A stretch of DNA of 64,000 nucleotides from Vicingaceae bacterium (GCA_965218715.1 CBDCLY010000006.1:43171-107170), one strand, 5' to 3'; numbered from the stretch's first letter, positions 47,530-57,908 are shown. Numbers and translations: made by a program. Notes: a model not told the origin generated them from the sequence alone.

Positions 47530-48260
47530 AAAAAGACAATGCCATATATGGAATGCATCCAGTAATGGAAGCCATTCAGAACCAGAATGAAATTGATAAA
47601 GTTTTTATTCAATCAGACCTAAGAGGCCCACACATAGGCACTTTAAGAAAATTAATTAAAACGCATAAAATTGCTAGTCAGAACATTCCTTTAGCCAAAT
47701 TGGATCATTTATACCGTGGTAAACACCAAGGTGTTGTTGCACTGCTTTCTCCTATCGAGTATCAGCCCTACGAAAGCGTAGTTAGTCAGGCCTATGAAAA
47801 TGGAGAAACACCCTTAATGCTTGTTTTAGATCGAGTTAGTGATGTGGGAAATTTTGGGGCCATATGTAGAAGTGCCGAATGCCTTGGAGTTCATGGAATA
47901 ATTATTCCTGTAAAAGGGGCAGCTCAAATTAATGCTGAGGCTATAAAGAGGTCTTCAGGTGCCTTACTTAATGTTAACATTTCTAGAGAGCGAGATTTAG
48001 CTGCAGTTGTAGAAAATTTAAAGCACTCTGGTTTACAAATTATTGCTTGTACCGAGAAATCTGAATTGCCAGTTAGCGAAGTAAGTTATCAAGGTCCTAC
48101 TGTTGTAATCATGGGCTCAGAAGAGGATGGTGTAAACTCCACCTTAATGAAATTAGCCGACCACAAAGCTACAATTCCAATGTTAGGAAATACCGCTTCC
48201 TTAAATGTATCCGTATCCACCGGCATTATCTTATATGAGATCAGTAAACAAAGAAAATAA
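47502..48260 (+). CDS. rlmB: 23S rRNA (guanosine-2'-O)-methyltransferase, SpoU/TrmH family
   Basis: IYGMHPVMEAI N-terminus, GNFGAICRSAE, MGSEEDGV and SLNVSVSTGI motifs. An alternative GTG start at 47526 overlaps the upstream TGA as GTGA. Confidence 0.85.
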   Translation: MATRKTEFVKKDNAIYGMHPVMEAIQNQNEIDKVFIQSDLRGPHIGTLRKLIKTHKIASQNIPLAKLDHLYRGKHQGVVALLSPIEYQPYESVVSQAYENGETPLMLVLDRVSDVGNFGAICRSAECLGVHGIIIPVKGAAQINAEAIKRSSGALLNVNISRERDLAAVVENLKHSGLQIIACTEKSELPVSEVSYQGPTVVIMGSEEDGVNSTLMKLADHKATIPMLGNTASLNVSVSTGIILYEISKQRK

Positions 48261-50145
48261 TTCGAAAGAACCCCAATATCTGGGTTTAGCGTTTATTCTT
48301 CTTCTAGGAATTGGCGCTATTTTTCGTTTTGCTTTTTTTGCTGATTGGTCATTCAGCAATGATGAATTGAGTGCTATTCAGCGGCTAAAGGCAGAAAACT
48401 TATCAGCCCTTATTAAAAATGGAATTAAGATTGATGGTCATCCTGCATTTACTCAGATCTTTCTTTATTATTGGACAAAATTAGTAGGCCTAAGCACAGG
48501 GCTTGTGCGACTACCATTTGTACTTTTTGGTGTTGGATCTCTTTATTATTTCTATCAATTTTCCAAAAACTATTTTAGTACAGCTTCAGCCATTGCCGCC
48601 TTAGCAATTGTTCTTAGTTCTGGATTTTTTATTCTATACAGCCAATTGGCTAGGCCGTATGCTCCAGGACTATTTTTTACCATGGCTTTTGCACATTATT
48701 GGCACTTGATACTCTACCGTGATGTTCCTCTTAACAAAATTGTAATCTGTGCATTCCTTGGTGCATTTGGTATAATGAGCCATTACTTTTCCGCATTAGG
48801 CATAGTATTGCTTCTCTTAAATGGTTTTTTCTTAATCAAGATGGATACCTGGAAAAATTACACCATCCTAATTTTAGGCATTGGTTTAATTTGTCTTCCT
48901 CATCTTCCTACTACCATTGGTCATTTAAAGATTGGAGGGCTCAATTGGATGCCACTGCCAAGTGATGATTTCTTATGGAAATATGCCATGAGAATATTCA
49001 ATGGCTTCGAATTTTTGATTTACTACATTCTAGGAATGGCAGGTACATCTATTCTTTTTTGTTGGAAGAAAATCGAAAAAAAACACATTGTTCTTCTAAT
49101 TGTTTCCATTTTACCTTACCTAATTGCAAAGTATTATAGTCTTAATTATAGTCCGGTATTGCAATTTTCTAGCTTGCTCTTCTCTACCCCATTTGCACTT
49201 TTGTTGTTAACTAGTCTTTATGGCTCCTTCCAAAAACGATACATCCCCTATATTGCCACACTAGTGTTTCTTATTCCAATGACGTATGGATTGTTTGCCA
49301 ATCTTAATTTCTATCAAAACAAACCATTTGCAAATTTTAAAGAGGTAGTACAATTGACTTCAGAGTGGAGCTCAGGAAAAAAAGATGTTTTAATATTTGC
49401 CAATTGCAATGATCCTAGCTATTTGCGCTTTTTTGAAAAAGATGGAGTTGATTCTATTCCATATGACCTAATTGGCTTTAATAGTGAATCAAGCATTATT
49501 GCTGCCAGAGAATTGATAAGCAATAAGAATTACAATTCCATCCTTTTGAGTTTCGCGAATGTGCCAATCCCAAAGGAAGTCATAGAATTGGCAAGAATTC
49601 ATTTTCCAAAAGTTTTAGAACAAAAACGATTTTACAATTCAGAAGTACTTCATCTGGGCAAATCAATGGATGAACGCCAATACGATAGAAAATATAATCC
49701 CTTAAATAATACAACAAATAATTGGAGACTGGATATGGAACAAAGGGATAGCAGCACGTTTCACACCTTGCCATCTAGCTTCAAAGTTGAAAAAGAAAAT
49801 ACTTATCCTTTAACTTTTGAGGGGCAAATAAAAGATTTGTTTAAAAAGGGAGAAAAGGATTTGGTCATTTCCACCTGGTTAAAATTTCCTGAGAATGCAA
49901 GTGGAATTTTAAGCATTGACATCAGCCGTGAAGGAGAATCATTTTTCTGGCGGGGTTATGAGATTGCACCCTACCGGAAAAACAATGAATGGTTTCACCT
50001 AATAAAAGTCTTGTCCTTGGAGAAAGAAATTCAAGCGGAGGATAAAATCAAAATCTTTGTCTGGAACAATAATCAAAGTGAATTTTGGGTCGATGATTTC
50101 GAATTGATACGCTATTCTGATAGTGATTATAATTACTATGAATAA
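48205..50145 (+). CDS. GT39/ArnT-like polytopic membrane glycosyltransferase with C-terminal soluble domain
   Basis: Multi-TM N-terminal 380 aa with a first-loop acidic motif (SNDELSA), then a ~250-aa soluble tail. The likely start is ATG 48235. Confidence 0.6.
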   Translation: MYPYPPALSYMRSVNKENNSKEPQYLGLAFILLLGIGAIFRFAFFADWSFSNDELSAIQRLKAENLSALIKNGIKIDGHPAFTQIFLYYWTKLVGLSTGLVRLPFVLFGVGSLYYFYQFSKNYFSTASAIAALAIVLSSGFFILYSQLARPYAPGLFFTMAFAHYWHLILYRDVPLNKIVICAFLGAFGIMSHYFSALGIVLLLLNGFFLIKMDTWKNYTILILGIGLICLPHLPTTIGHLKIGGLNWMPLPSDDFLWKYAMRIFNGFEFLIYYILGMAGTSILFCWKKIEKKHIVLLIVSILPYLIAKYYSLNYSPVLQFSSLLFSTPFALLLLTSLYGSFQKRYIPYIATLVFLIPMTYGLFANLNFYQNKPFANFKEVVQLTSEWSSGKKDVLIFANCNDPSYLRFFEKDGVDSIPYDLIGFNSESSIIAARELISNKNYNSILLSFANVPIPKEVIELARIHFPKVLEQKRFYNSEVLHLGKSMDERQYDRKYNPLNNTTNNWRLDMEQRDSSTFHTLPSSFKVEKENTYPLTFEGQIKDLFKKGEKDLVISTWLKFPENASGILSIDISREGESFFWRGYEIAPYRKNNEWFHLIKVLSLEKEIQAEDKIKIFVWNNNQSEFWVDDFELIRYSDSDYNYYE

Positions 50146-51193
50146 GATGTCGCTACCTTATCGATTTCTAAGGGCTTTATTAAAAATAGCTCTGAATTGC
50201 TTCTACAAGAACATAAAATTAGAAGGCAATTGGAAACAGGCGCAAGAGGGGCCTTTAATCATTGCGGCGAACCACCCAAACTCTTTCTTAGACGCTATCC
50301 TGATTTCTTGCTACCTCAATCGACCTTTGCATTTTTTGGCTCGATCAGATGTATTCAAGCAGAAATGGGCCGATAGGATTTTAAGAAAAATGCACTTAAT
50401 TCCGGTATATCGACTTCAAGAAGGAAAGGAAAACATGCACAAAAACGCAGCAACATTTCTTGAAGCAGAAAAGCTTCTAGAAAAAAATGGAGCCTTAATT
50501 ATTTTTGTTGAGGGTGTTAGCATTCCAGACCGGCAATTAAAACCCATAAAAAAGGGCTTATGTAGAATTGCATTTGGTTTTGAGGAAAAGCAACAATTTT
50601 CTGCGGGTACACAAGTACTGCCGATAGGTATCTTTTACGAAGACATTCCTAGGTTTCATACCCGAATCATTTTATCTGCTGGGAGAAAATTGAACATTGC
50701 AGATTACCAAAAAAAATGGGATCAAAATGAAAACAAAGCATTTCAAGCTTTTAATGACAACTTAAGATTAGAACTAGAAATGGTAACCTTAAGAAGTATC
50801 AGGATGAATGAATTCGATTTAGCCATTAATCAGATCCCTGATAAAAAATTTACCCTCGATAATCTCAAGAACTTGGCAGAGAAAATCGACTTAAACAAAA
50901 CAGAAGAAATCAATCCCAACATAAAACCTAAATCTTCATTTTGGAAAAATGTTGCATTTTTCCCTTTAAGAATAGTCAATGTTGCTCCGTTTTGGATGGC
51001 TAGAATCTTATCTAAAAACTTGGTAAAGGACATTGAATTCTTTTGTTCCGTTTATCTTTGTCTTGGAACAGTATTGTGGGGGCTTTGGTCATTAATTCTC
51101 GCAGTAGCTTTTGGACAACTATTTCATCCAATTGGCTATTTAACACCTTTTTTGCTATTCCTTTTAGGAAAAATTTATCTTCGAATTAGATAG
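50123..51193 (+). CDS. PlsC-family acyltransferase (1-acyl-sn-glycerol-3-phosphate acyltransferase-like) with C-terminal TM extension
   Basis: HX4D motif NHPNSFLD and VEGVS block. C-terminal hydrophobic helices. The likely start is ATG 50138 or 50147. Confidence 0.72.
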   Translation: MIIITMNKMSLPYRFLRALLKIALNCFYKNIKLEGNWKQAQEGPLIIAANHPNSFLDAILISCYLNRPLHFLARSDVFKQKWADRILRKMHLIPVYRLQEGKENMHKNAATFLEAEKLLEKNGALIIFVEGVSIPDRQLKPIKKGLCRIAFGFEEKQQFSAGTQVLPIGIFYEDIPRFHTRIILSAGRKLNIADYQKKWDQNENKAFQAFNDNLRLELEMVTLRSIRMNEFDLAINQIPDKKFTLDNLKNLAEKIDLNKTEEINPNIKPKSSFWKNVAFFPLRIVNVAPFWMARILSKNLVKDIEFFCSVYLCLGTVLWGLWSLILAVAFGQLFHPIGYLTPFLLFLLGKIYLRIR

Positions 51194-51286
51194 ATTTGTT
51201 TTTTGTTATTGTTTGTCGTTCACAAAACATGAATTAAATTCTCAAGCAATTTTCATTGCTTAACTTCGTGACAATGAGAGAAACCG

Positions 51287-52108
51287 ATGCATAAAATCCT
51301 AAACACAAATAAGTTAACTCTACTGTTGATTTTGTCTAGTGTATTGCTCTCGTTTTGCTCAGTAAAACAAGAAGAAGACAACATTGAAATGGAGAATTCC
51401 AAAGCAATAAATACTAAGGCAATTCTTTTATCAAAGGAACTTTTAGTAGGAGTGAAATCCCAAAAAGATGTAAGTACCATTCTGACTGCATTAAATGAAA
51501 TCCAAAAGGAAAAGTTGGCAGAAGAACTGTCCCAAGATGAGCATAAAAAAGCTTTTTGGATCAACATTTACAATGCACATATCCAGATTTTCTTGAAAGA
51601 GAACCCTGATGTATATGAGAAGAGAAGTCACTTTTTTTCCAAGAAACAAATTCAAATAGCTGGATTAGCACTTAGTTTTGACGATATCGAACATGGCTTT
51701 ATTCGGGGGTCTAAATTCAAACTTGCTTTAGGCCTTATTAAGAATCCCTTCGCAAGTAAAATAGAAAAGTTGTTCCGAGTTGAAAAGACAGATGGTAGAA
51801 TCCATTTTGCGCTCAATTGTGGAGCTGTGAGTTGTCCAGACATCGCAATTTATGATGCCAGTGATTTTGATAATCAAATTGATCAAGTCGCTCAATCATT
51901 TTTAAAGAAATCAAGTAAATACGATGCTGAAAATGATAAAATCGAAATTACTAGTCTATTCTCTTGGTTCAGAGGTGACTTTGGAGGCAGGAGTAGAATT
52001 AAAGAAATGCTAAAGCGATTTGAAATAATACCGAAAGATTCTAATCCAAGTATTTCTTATGCTAGTTACGATTGGACCTTAAGTTTAGATAACTATTATG
52101 AGGACTAG
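51287..52108 (+). CDS. DUF547 domain-containing protein
   Basis: FWINIYNA and HFALNCGAVSCP motifs are characteristic of DUF547. Confidence 0.72.
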   Translation: MHKILNTNKLTLLLILSSVLLSFCSVKQEEDNIEMENSKAINTKAILLSKELLVGVKSQKDVSTILTALNEIQKEKLAEELSQDEHKKAFWINIYNAHIQIFLKENPDVYEKRSHFFSKKQIQIAGLALSFDDIEHGFIRGSKFKLALGLIKNPFASKIEKLFRVEKTDGRIHFALNCGAVSCPDIAIYDASDFDNQIDQVAQSFLKKSSKYDAENDKIEITSLFSWFRGDFGGRSRIKEMLKRFEIIPKDSNPSISYASYDWTLSLDNYYED

Positions 52109-52598
52109 CCTTTTAATTTCATTCTTTTTAATCAACTTGAATTTCCTATTAGCGCAAGAAATGGGCAGTAAATCATTCGACCTAGTCATCAAGCAAATGT
52201 TAAATCATAGCATTCCTGAAATCAGTATTGATGAGGCGTCTATTAATAAAACAGCTATATTTTTGGATGCGAGAGCTAAAAAAGAATACCTAGTCAGTCA
52301 CATTAATTCTGCACATTGGATAGGTTTCGATACAATCAATTGGGAAACCACAAAGGATTTTAAACTTGAACAAGAGATCATTGTTTATTGCTCAATTGGT
52401 TACCGCAGTGAAAAGGTAGCCGAACAGTTAAAGGAAAAAGGCTTTCAAAATGTGAAGAACCTATATGGTGGAATATTTGAATGGAAAAATAAAGGAAATC
52501 CTGTATTTAAGTCAGATAGCACGCCAACCGAAGAGGTTCATGCCTATAACAAAGTTTGGGGTATCTGGTTAAAAAATGCAACAAAAATCTATGATTAG
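52098..52598 (+). CDS. Rhodanese-like domain protein
   Basis: Active-site loop YCSIGYRS. Size and layout fit a single-domain sulfurtransferase with a signal peptide. Confidence 0.78.
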   Translation: MRTSLLISFFLINLNFLLAQEMGSKSFDLVIKQMLNHSIPEISIDEASINKTAIFLDARAKKEYLVSHINSAHWIGFDTINWETTKDFKLEQEIIVYCSIGYRSEKVAEQLKEKGFQNVKNLYGGIFEWKNKGNPVFKSDSTPTEEVHAYNKVWGIWLKNATKIYD

Positions 52599-52672
52599 GA
52601 CCAGATTCATACCCGTTAATCGTTGATATCTACCACTTAGCAATTTCGTTTTATTTACTGGTTTGAATGCCC

Positions 52673-52680
52673 TATTTTTG
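52673..52680 (+). promoter_or_regulatory. Candidate Bacteroidota -7 promoter box (TATTTTTG) upstream of the S46 peptidase gene
   Basis: Exact fit to TAnnTTTG, 21 nt upstream of ATG 52701. Single-motif evidence. Confidence 0.3.
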
Positions 52681-52700
52681 ACGCGGTTTAACTGTAAAAA

Positions 52701-54854
52701 ATGAATATGAAAAAGATTACACTACTTATCGCATGTTTTGTACTTGCTTTTGCACCAGCAAAAGCTGATGAAGGCATGTGGTTACCAATGTTGGTAAAAA
52801 GATTAAATTATGTTGACATGCAAAAGCATGGTCTGCAATTGACCGCGGATGAAATTTACAACGTCAATAATTCAAGTTTAAAAGACGCAATTGTACGATT
52901 AGGAAGAGGTTTCTGTACTGGAGAAATGATTTCAGATCAAGGCTTAATGCTAACAAATCACCATTGTGGTTTTGGCGTTATTCAAGAAAACTCTACTGAA
53001 GAACACAATTACCTTGATGATGGCTTTTGGGCCATGGAGAAGAAAGATGAATTGCCTGCGGGTTTTTCTGTTTCTTACTTGGTAAGAATGGAAGATGTTT
53101 CTGATCGTGTAAATGCTGAATTAAACGAAGAAATGAGTTTAGAAGACCGAAATGCGGCCATTAGAGAAGTTTCTAAGAAGCTTGAGGAAGAAGCAAAAGG
53201 TGAGACTGATTACGATGTAAATGTTAGAAGTTTTTACAATGGAAATGAGTTTTATTTATTCGTTTATGAAACTTATCAAGATGTGAGATTAGTTGGAGCT
53301 CCTCCTTCTGCTGTAGGTAAATTTGGTGGTGATACTGATAACTGGATGTGGCCACGTCATACTGGAGATTTCACGATGTTTCGTGTTTATGCAGATAAAG
53401 ACAATAAGCCTGCAGAGTACAGCAAAGACAATGTACCCTATACTCCGAAACATTCTTTACCAATATCATTAAAAGGAGTTCAACAAGGAGATTTTGCAAT
53501 GATTTTTGGTTATCCTGGAAGCACCGATCGTTATTTAACTTCTGCTGGAATTAAATATGAATTGGAAGTAAGACAACCTACTTATGTAAAGCTAAGACGC
53601 CAAGTATTAGACATTTACGAAGAAGGAATGGCGAAATCTGAAAAAACAAGAATTCAATATGCATCAAAACATGCATCAATAAGTAATTATTGGAAGTACT
53701 TTAAAGGCCAACAAGCTGGTTTAAAAAGACTAAAAGTATACGATAAGAAGAAAGCTGATGAAGACAAATTAGCAGACTGGATCAGTAAAGATAAAGAGCG
53801 TAGTGAATTGTACAGCGGGGTTTTAGAAGGATTTGAGACTGGTTATACTAACCTTAGAGGAGTTAACCGCATCAGAATCTATTTAAACGAAGCAATTTTT
53901 AGAACTGAAGCAATCGCCTACTCTTACCAGTTTTCTGCATTAAAAGGTGCATTAGCTTCTGAAAATCAAGAACAAATTGATGCTGCAAAGGCAAAATTAA
54001 TGGATGGTTTAGAAGATCATTACAAAGATTATGACAAAGACATTGACCGTAAAGTTTTTGCTGCAATGATGAAGGCTTATCACGAAGACATCGATGTAAA
54101 AGACCAATCTCCTGATTTCGTAGCACTTGTTAACAAATACAAGAAAAACTATAAAAAGATGGCTGATGCTTATTACTCCAAAACAGTATTTGCAGACATG
54201 AGCAAGACCAAAGCCTTTTTAGAAAATCCAAGTGTAAAGAAATTGGACAAAGACCCCTTATACCAAGTGGTACGTGCTGTATTCAATCATTACATGTCAG
54301 ACATTAGACCTTCTATTGCAAAAGAGACTGGTGGATTGGCAAGATCGGAGAGATTATTTGTGAAAGGATTAAGAGCAATGAATAGTGATAAAACTTATGC
54401 TCCTGATGCTAACTCTACCATGAGAGTGACTTATGGAAATGTTTTGAATTACAATCCAAGAGATGGTGTAAAATACCACCACATAACTACGGCTCAAGGT
54501 ATTTTGGAAAAGGAAGATCCTAACAATCACGAGTTTGTTGTTCCAGAGAAATTGAAAACATTAATTCAGAAAAAGGATTATGGTCAATATGCTGATGCCA
54601 ACGGCGAGCTCATAGTGAACTTCATTACCAACAATGACATTACCGGTGGCAACTCTGGAAGCCCCATGATTAATGGAAATGGTGAATTGATTGGAACTGC
54701 TTTTGATGGCAATTGGGAAGCCATGAGCGGCGACATCGCTTTTGAAAAAGATTTACAAAGAACGATTGGAGTGGATATCCGATACACGCTTTTCATTATT
54801 GATAAATATGCAGGTGCAAAACACCTTATCGAAGAAATGAACATTGTAAAGTAA
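52701..54854 (+). CDS. dpp7: S46 family dipeptidyl-peptidase, DPP7-like (Gly at the S1 specificity position)
   Basis: DEGMWLP, NHHCG and GGNSGSP motifs. The residue 18 positions after the catalytic Ser652 is Gly670 (FDGNWE). Confidence 0.88.
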   Translation: MNMKKITLLIACFVLAFAPAKADEGMWLPMLVKRLNYVDMQKHGLQLTADEIYNVNNSSLKDAIVRLGRGFCTGEMISDQGLMLTNHHCGFGVIQENSTEEHNYLDDGFWAMEKKDELPAGFSVSYLVRMEDVSDRVNAELNEEMSLEDRNAAIREVSKKLEEEAKGETDYDVNVRSFYNGNEFYLFVYETYQDVRLVGAPPSAVGKFGGDTDNWMWPRHTGDFTMFRVYADKDNKPAEYSKDNVPYTPKHSLPISLKGVQQGDFAMIFGYPGSTDRYLTSAGIKYELEVRQPTYVKLRRQVLDIYEEGMAKSEKTRIQYASKHASISNYWKYFKGQQAGLKRLKVYDKKKADEDKLADWISKDKERSELYSGVLEGFETGYTNLRGVNRIRIYLNEAIFRTEAIAYSYQFSALKGALASENQEQIDAAKAKLMDGLEDHYKDYDKDIDRKVFAAMMKAYHEDIDVKDQSPDFVALVNKYKKNYKKMADAYYSKTVFADMSKTKAFLENPSVKKLDKDPLYQVVRAVFNHYMSDIRPSIAKETGGLARSERLFVKGLRAMNSDKTYAPDANSTMRVTYGNVLNYNPRDGVKYHHITTAQGILEKEDPNNHEFVVPEKLKTLIQKKDYGQYADANGELIVNFITNNDITGGNSGSPMINGNGELIGTAFDGNWEAMSGDIAFEKDLQRTIGVDIRYTLFIIDKYAGAKHLIEEMNIVK

Positions 54855-54870
54855 ACACATCCTAAAACTA

Positions 54871-54902
54871 AAAAACCCGTGAAGCAATTCACGGGTTTTT
54901 TT
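54871..54902. terminator. Bidirectional Rho-independent terminator between convergent genes
   Basis: 8-bp GC-rich stem cccgtgaa (54876-54883) / ttcacggg (54888-54895), loop gcaa, flanked by AAAAA upstream and TTTTTTT downstream. Confidence 0.78.
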
Positions 54903-54920
54903 ATTTCCTAATGGTTGAGA

Positions 54921-55700
54921 TTAATCTTCACCATAGCGCAGGTGCTTAACAGACTCTCCAGAATGTTGCAATTCTATTAAAGAATCTATTCCAATGTCCA
55001 GGTGTTTGTTTACAAAATCTGCACTTACCTTTTTATCACTTTCAGTTGTTTTCACACCTTCAGGCGTCATTGGATTGTCGGAAACCAATAATAAGGCACC
55101 ATGAGGAATTTCATTGGTGAAGCCTACCGAAAAAATAGTAGCTGTTTCCATATCAACGGCCATGGCTCTAATGGTTCTCAGATAATTCTTAAATTCTTCA
55201 TCGTGTTCCCAAACTCTTCTATTGGTAGTATAAACAGTTCCTGTCCAATAATCCAATTGATGTTTTTTAATCATAGAAGAAACAGATCGTTGCAATCGAA
55301 ATGAAGGCAATGCTGGCACTTCTGGCGGCAGATAATCATCACTGGTACCTTCTCCACGGATTGCCGCAATCGGAAGTATTAAATCGCCCAATTGAGTTTT
55401 CTTTTTCAATCCCCCACATTTCCCAAGAAATAGAACAGCCTTTGGTTGAATTGCGCTTAATAAATCCATTATGGTAGCCGCCATTGCACTTCCCATTCCA
55501 AAATTTATGATGCTAATGCCCTCTGCAGTTGCCGTTTGCATTGGTTTATCCAATCCCAATATTGGAACACCATAGCGATCTGCAAATTGATTTACATATT
55601 GTCCAAAATTGGTTAATAGAATGTATTCACCAAAGTCTTCAATTTTAGTCCCGGTATATCTTGGCAACCAATTACTTACAATTTCTTCTTTAGAATTCAT
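54921..55700 (-). CDS. amn: AMP nucleosidase, short catalytic-domain-only form (PNP/UDP_1 fold)
   Basis: 259 aa. N-terminus NWLPRYTG...GEYILLTNF, plus GKCGGL and MAVDMETATI motifs of the nucleoside phosphorylase fold. Confidence 0.68.
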   Translation of the reverse strand: MNSKEEIVSNWLPRYTGTKIEDFGEYILLTNFGQYVNQFADRYGVPILGLDKPMQTATAEGISIINFGMGSAMAATIMDLLSAIQPKAVLFLGKCGGLKKKTQLGDLILPIAAIRGEGTSDDYLPPEVPALPSFRLQRSVSSMIKKHQLDYWTGTVYTTNRRVWEHDEEFKNYLRTIRAMAVDMETATIFSVGFTNEIPHGALLLVSDNPMTPEGVKTTESDKKVSADFVNKHLDIGIDSLIELQHSGESVKHLRYGED

Positions 55701-57832
55701 TCATTAACCAGTTTCATTTCTTTCACTAAATGGCCTGCACCTGCATACTTATCAACCACAAACAATACATACCGAATGTCTACAGCTATATTTCTACATT
55801 GATTGATGTCGTAATTGATGTCACTCATAGTTCCTTCCCAGTTTCGGTCAAAATTCAACCCAATTAACTCTCCATTGGCATTGATTACCGGACTACCTGA
55901 ATTGCCTCCAGTTGTATGATTGGAAGAAATAAAACAAACATGCATGGATCCATCTTTATCTGCATATTGGCCATAATCCCCTTCTTCAATTAAACTTACC
56001 AATCTGCTGGGCAAATCAAAATCTACATTGCTTGTATCGTATTTTTCAAGAACCCCTTTTGTACTAGTATAGTGTGTGTAGGTTACTCCATCATTTGGCT
56101 GAAAACCTTCCACTTTACCATAGGCTAATCTTAAGGTTGAATTTGCATCAGGATAATACTTGCCTGGAACATACTTTCTTAATCCGGCAACATACAATTT
56201 ACTCAAAGAATCAATTTCATTGCTTAGCCTCGTGTATTCAGGGCGGATTCTCTTATTGTAAATGTTTAAGAAATCTTCATACCATTTATATGCTTTGTCT
56301 TTTTTCAATTTTCTTGCTTCAGACTGGCTAATTCCACCTTCCAATAAAGCCATCAATTTCTTCTCATTGTTATAAATTGATTTTTCATACAATTTCAAAA
56401 AGAAAACATCGTATTGCTCCTTTGCTCCTCTATAAAAGCCAGGAGAAAATTTAACTGGTGAATCTTGATCATATTTGCCCAACAATTTCGTTGCCACTTC
56501 TAGGTCAGTAGGATAATCATAATCTTTAAAATGACGTTTTACCTTGGCTTTTAACTTTTCCATGGTTTTATCATCTATGCTCTTCCCAGTAATTCCAATT
56601 TTTACTGCAGGTCGAAATGCTGCAGCTAAACTGAACAATTCGACTTTTCGATAAGGAATCTCTATGAACCTACTTCTTGCCAGGGCATATGGCTCTATAG
56701 CTTTATACCTTGCTTCAAATGCTTCCATTAGTCCTGCATACTCCGATTTTCCCTCAGTGGCTTTCATAAAGGCTGCTTCCTGTTCCTTCTTCATTTGTAT
56801 GGCTTTCGATTTTTGCAATCCATTGTTCTCCCCTATCCACTTCTTCCAATAGTTGGCAATACTTGCATATTTAGAGGCATATTGAATTCTCACCTTTTTA
56901 TCGCTTTTCATTTGATGGTCCATTGCATCTAAAGCAGCTCTTCTAATCTCGATTCGATCTGGGTTAATCACCTCCTTTATTTGTTGGATGGCATATGAGG
57001 TGAGATATTCTTGTGTTCTCCCTGGAAATCCAAATACCATTGTAAAGTCTCGTTCGCTTACTCCTTTTGTAGAAATTGGAAGGTAATTTTTTGGTTGATA
57101 TGGAACATTTTCTTCAGAATATGGAGCCGGCTGATTGTCTTTATTGGCGTATATTCTAAACAATGAAAAATCACCTGTATGCCTTGGCCACATCCAATTG
57201 TCTGTATCACCACCAAACTTACCTATTGCCGATGGTGGAGCACCTACCAAGCGAACATCTTCAAAGGTTTCTGTAATGAACATGTAATACTCGTTCCCAT
57301 AAAAGAAAGGTCTGATATAAGCCTCATAATGGGTGTCAACTGTAGCTTTTGCTGTAATGACCTTTATTTTTTCTGAAATGGCTTTTTGACGTTTCGCTTC
57401 TGTTAGGTCAGCAGAAAGATCAGCTAAAACTTGCTCGGTTACATCTTCCATCCTGACAATAAAAGTGGCGGTCAATCCTGGGTTTTTCAACTCATCTTTA
57501 TTGCTCATCGCCCAATATCCATCAGTTAAGTAATCGTTTTCTACTGAACTGTGCTGTTGAATTTGACCATAACCACAATGGTGATTAGTTAAAATCAGTC
57601 CCTCGTTAGAAATGATTTCTCCTGTGCAAAACCCTCCAAAGGAAATGATTGCGTCTTTTAAGCTGGACTGGTTCACACTGTAAATGTCTTCTGCACTTAA
57701 CTTCAATCCCATGGATTGCATCTCAGACTCATTTAGGCTTTTTAATAATAAGGGCAACCACATTCCCTCTTTTGCCATTGATTGTCCGATAATTAGGCTG
57801 AACAGCACTAGGCTTGTAATTATTTTTTTCAT
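55697..57832 (-). CDS. dpp11: S46 family dipeptidyl-peptidase, DPP11-like (Arg at the S1 specificity position)
   Basis: KEGMWLP, NHHCG and GGNSGSP motifs. The residue 18 positions after the catalytic Ser645 is Arg663 (FDRNWE). Confidence 0.88.
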   Translation of the reverse strand: MKKIITSLVLFSLIIGQSMAKEGMWLPLLLKSLNESEMQSMGLKLSAEDIYSVNQSSLKDAIISFGGFCTGEIISNEGLILTNHHCGYGQIQQHSSVENDYLTDGYWAMSNKDELKNPGLTATFIVRMEDVTEQVLADLSADLTEAKRQKAISEKIKVITAKATVDTHYEAYIRPFFYGNEYYMFITETFEDVRLVGAPPSAIGKFGGDTDNWMWPRHTGDFSLFRIYANKDNQPAPYSEENVPYQPKNYLPISTKGVSERDFTMVFGFPGRTQEYLTSYAIQQIKEVINPDRIEIRRAALDAMDHQMKSDKKVRIQYASKYASIANYWKKWIGENNGLQKSKAIQMKKEQEAAFMKATEGKSEYAGLMEAFEARYKAIEPYALARSRFIEIPYRKVELFSLAAAFRPAVKIGITGKSIDDKTMEKLKAKVKRHFKDYDYPTDLEVATKLLGKYDQDSPVKFSPGFYRGAKEQYDVFFLKLYEKSIYNNEKKLMALLEGGISQSEARKLKKDKAYKWYEDFLNIYNKRIRPEYTRLSNEIDSLSKLYVAGLRKYVPGKYYPDANSTLRLAYGKVEGFQPNDGVTYTHYTSTKGVLEKYDTSNVDFDLPSRLVSLIEEGDYGQYADKDGSMHVCFISSNHTTGGNSGSPVINANGELIGLNFDRNWEGTMSDINYDINQCRNIAVDIRYVLFVVDKYAGAGHLVKEMKLVNE

Positions 57833-57908
57833 GTCGACTATGTTTTTTGAGATTCGCTAAGCTAAGCAAATGCAAGAAAGGATGAAAAGATTTTTTGACG
57901 GCTTAACG

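Noticed and set aside
51244-51261. Hairpin aagcaat-tttc-attgctt downstream of the PlsC-like gene
   Set aside because: It is a 7-bp stem with no T-run. It might be a weak terminator but the evidence is insufficient to annotate.
51253-51567. 104-aa minus-strand ORF overlapping the DUF547 gene start
   Set aside because: It is antisense to a motif-supported gene. It would also leave the convergent/divergent layout without a promoter region.
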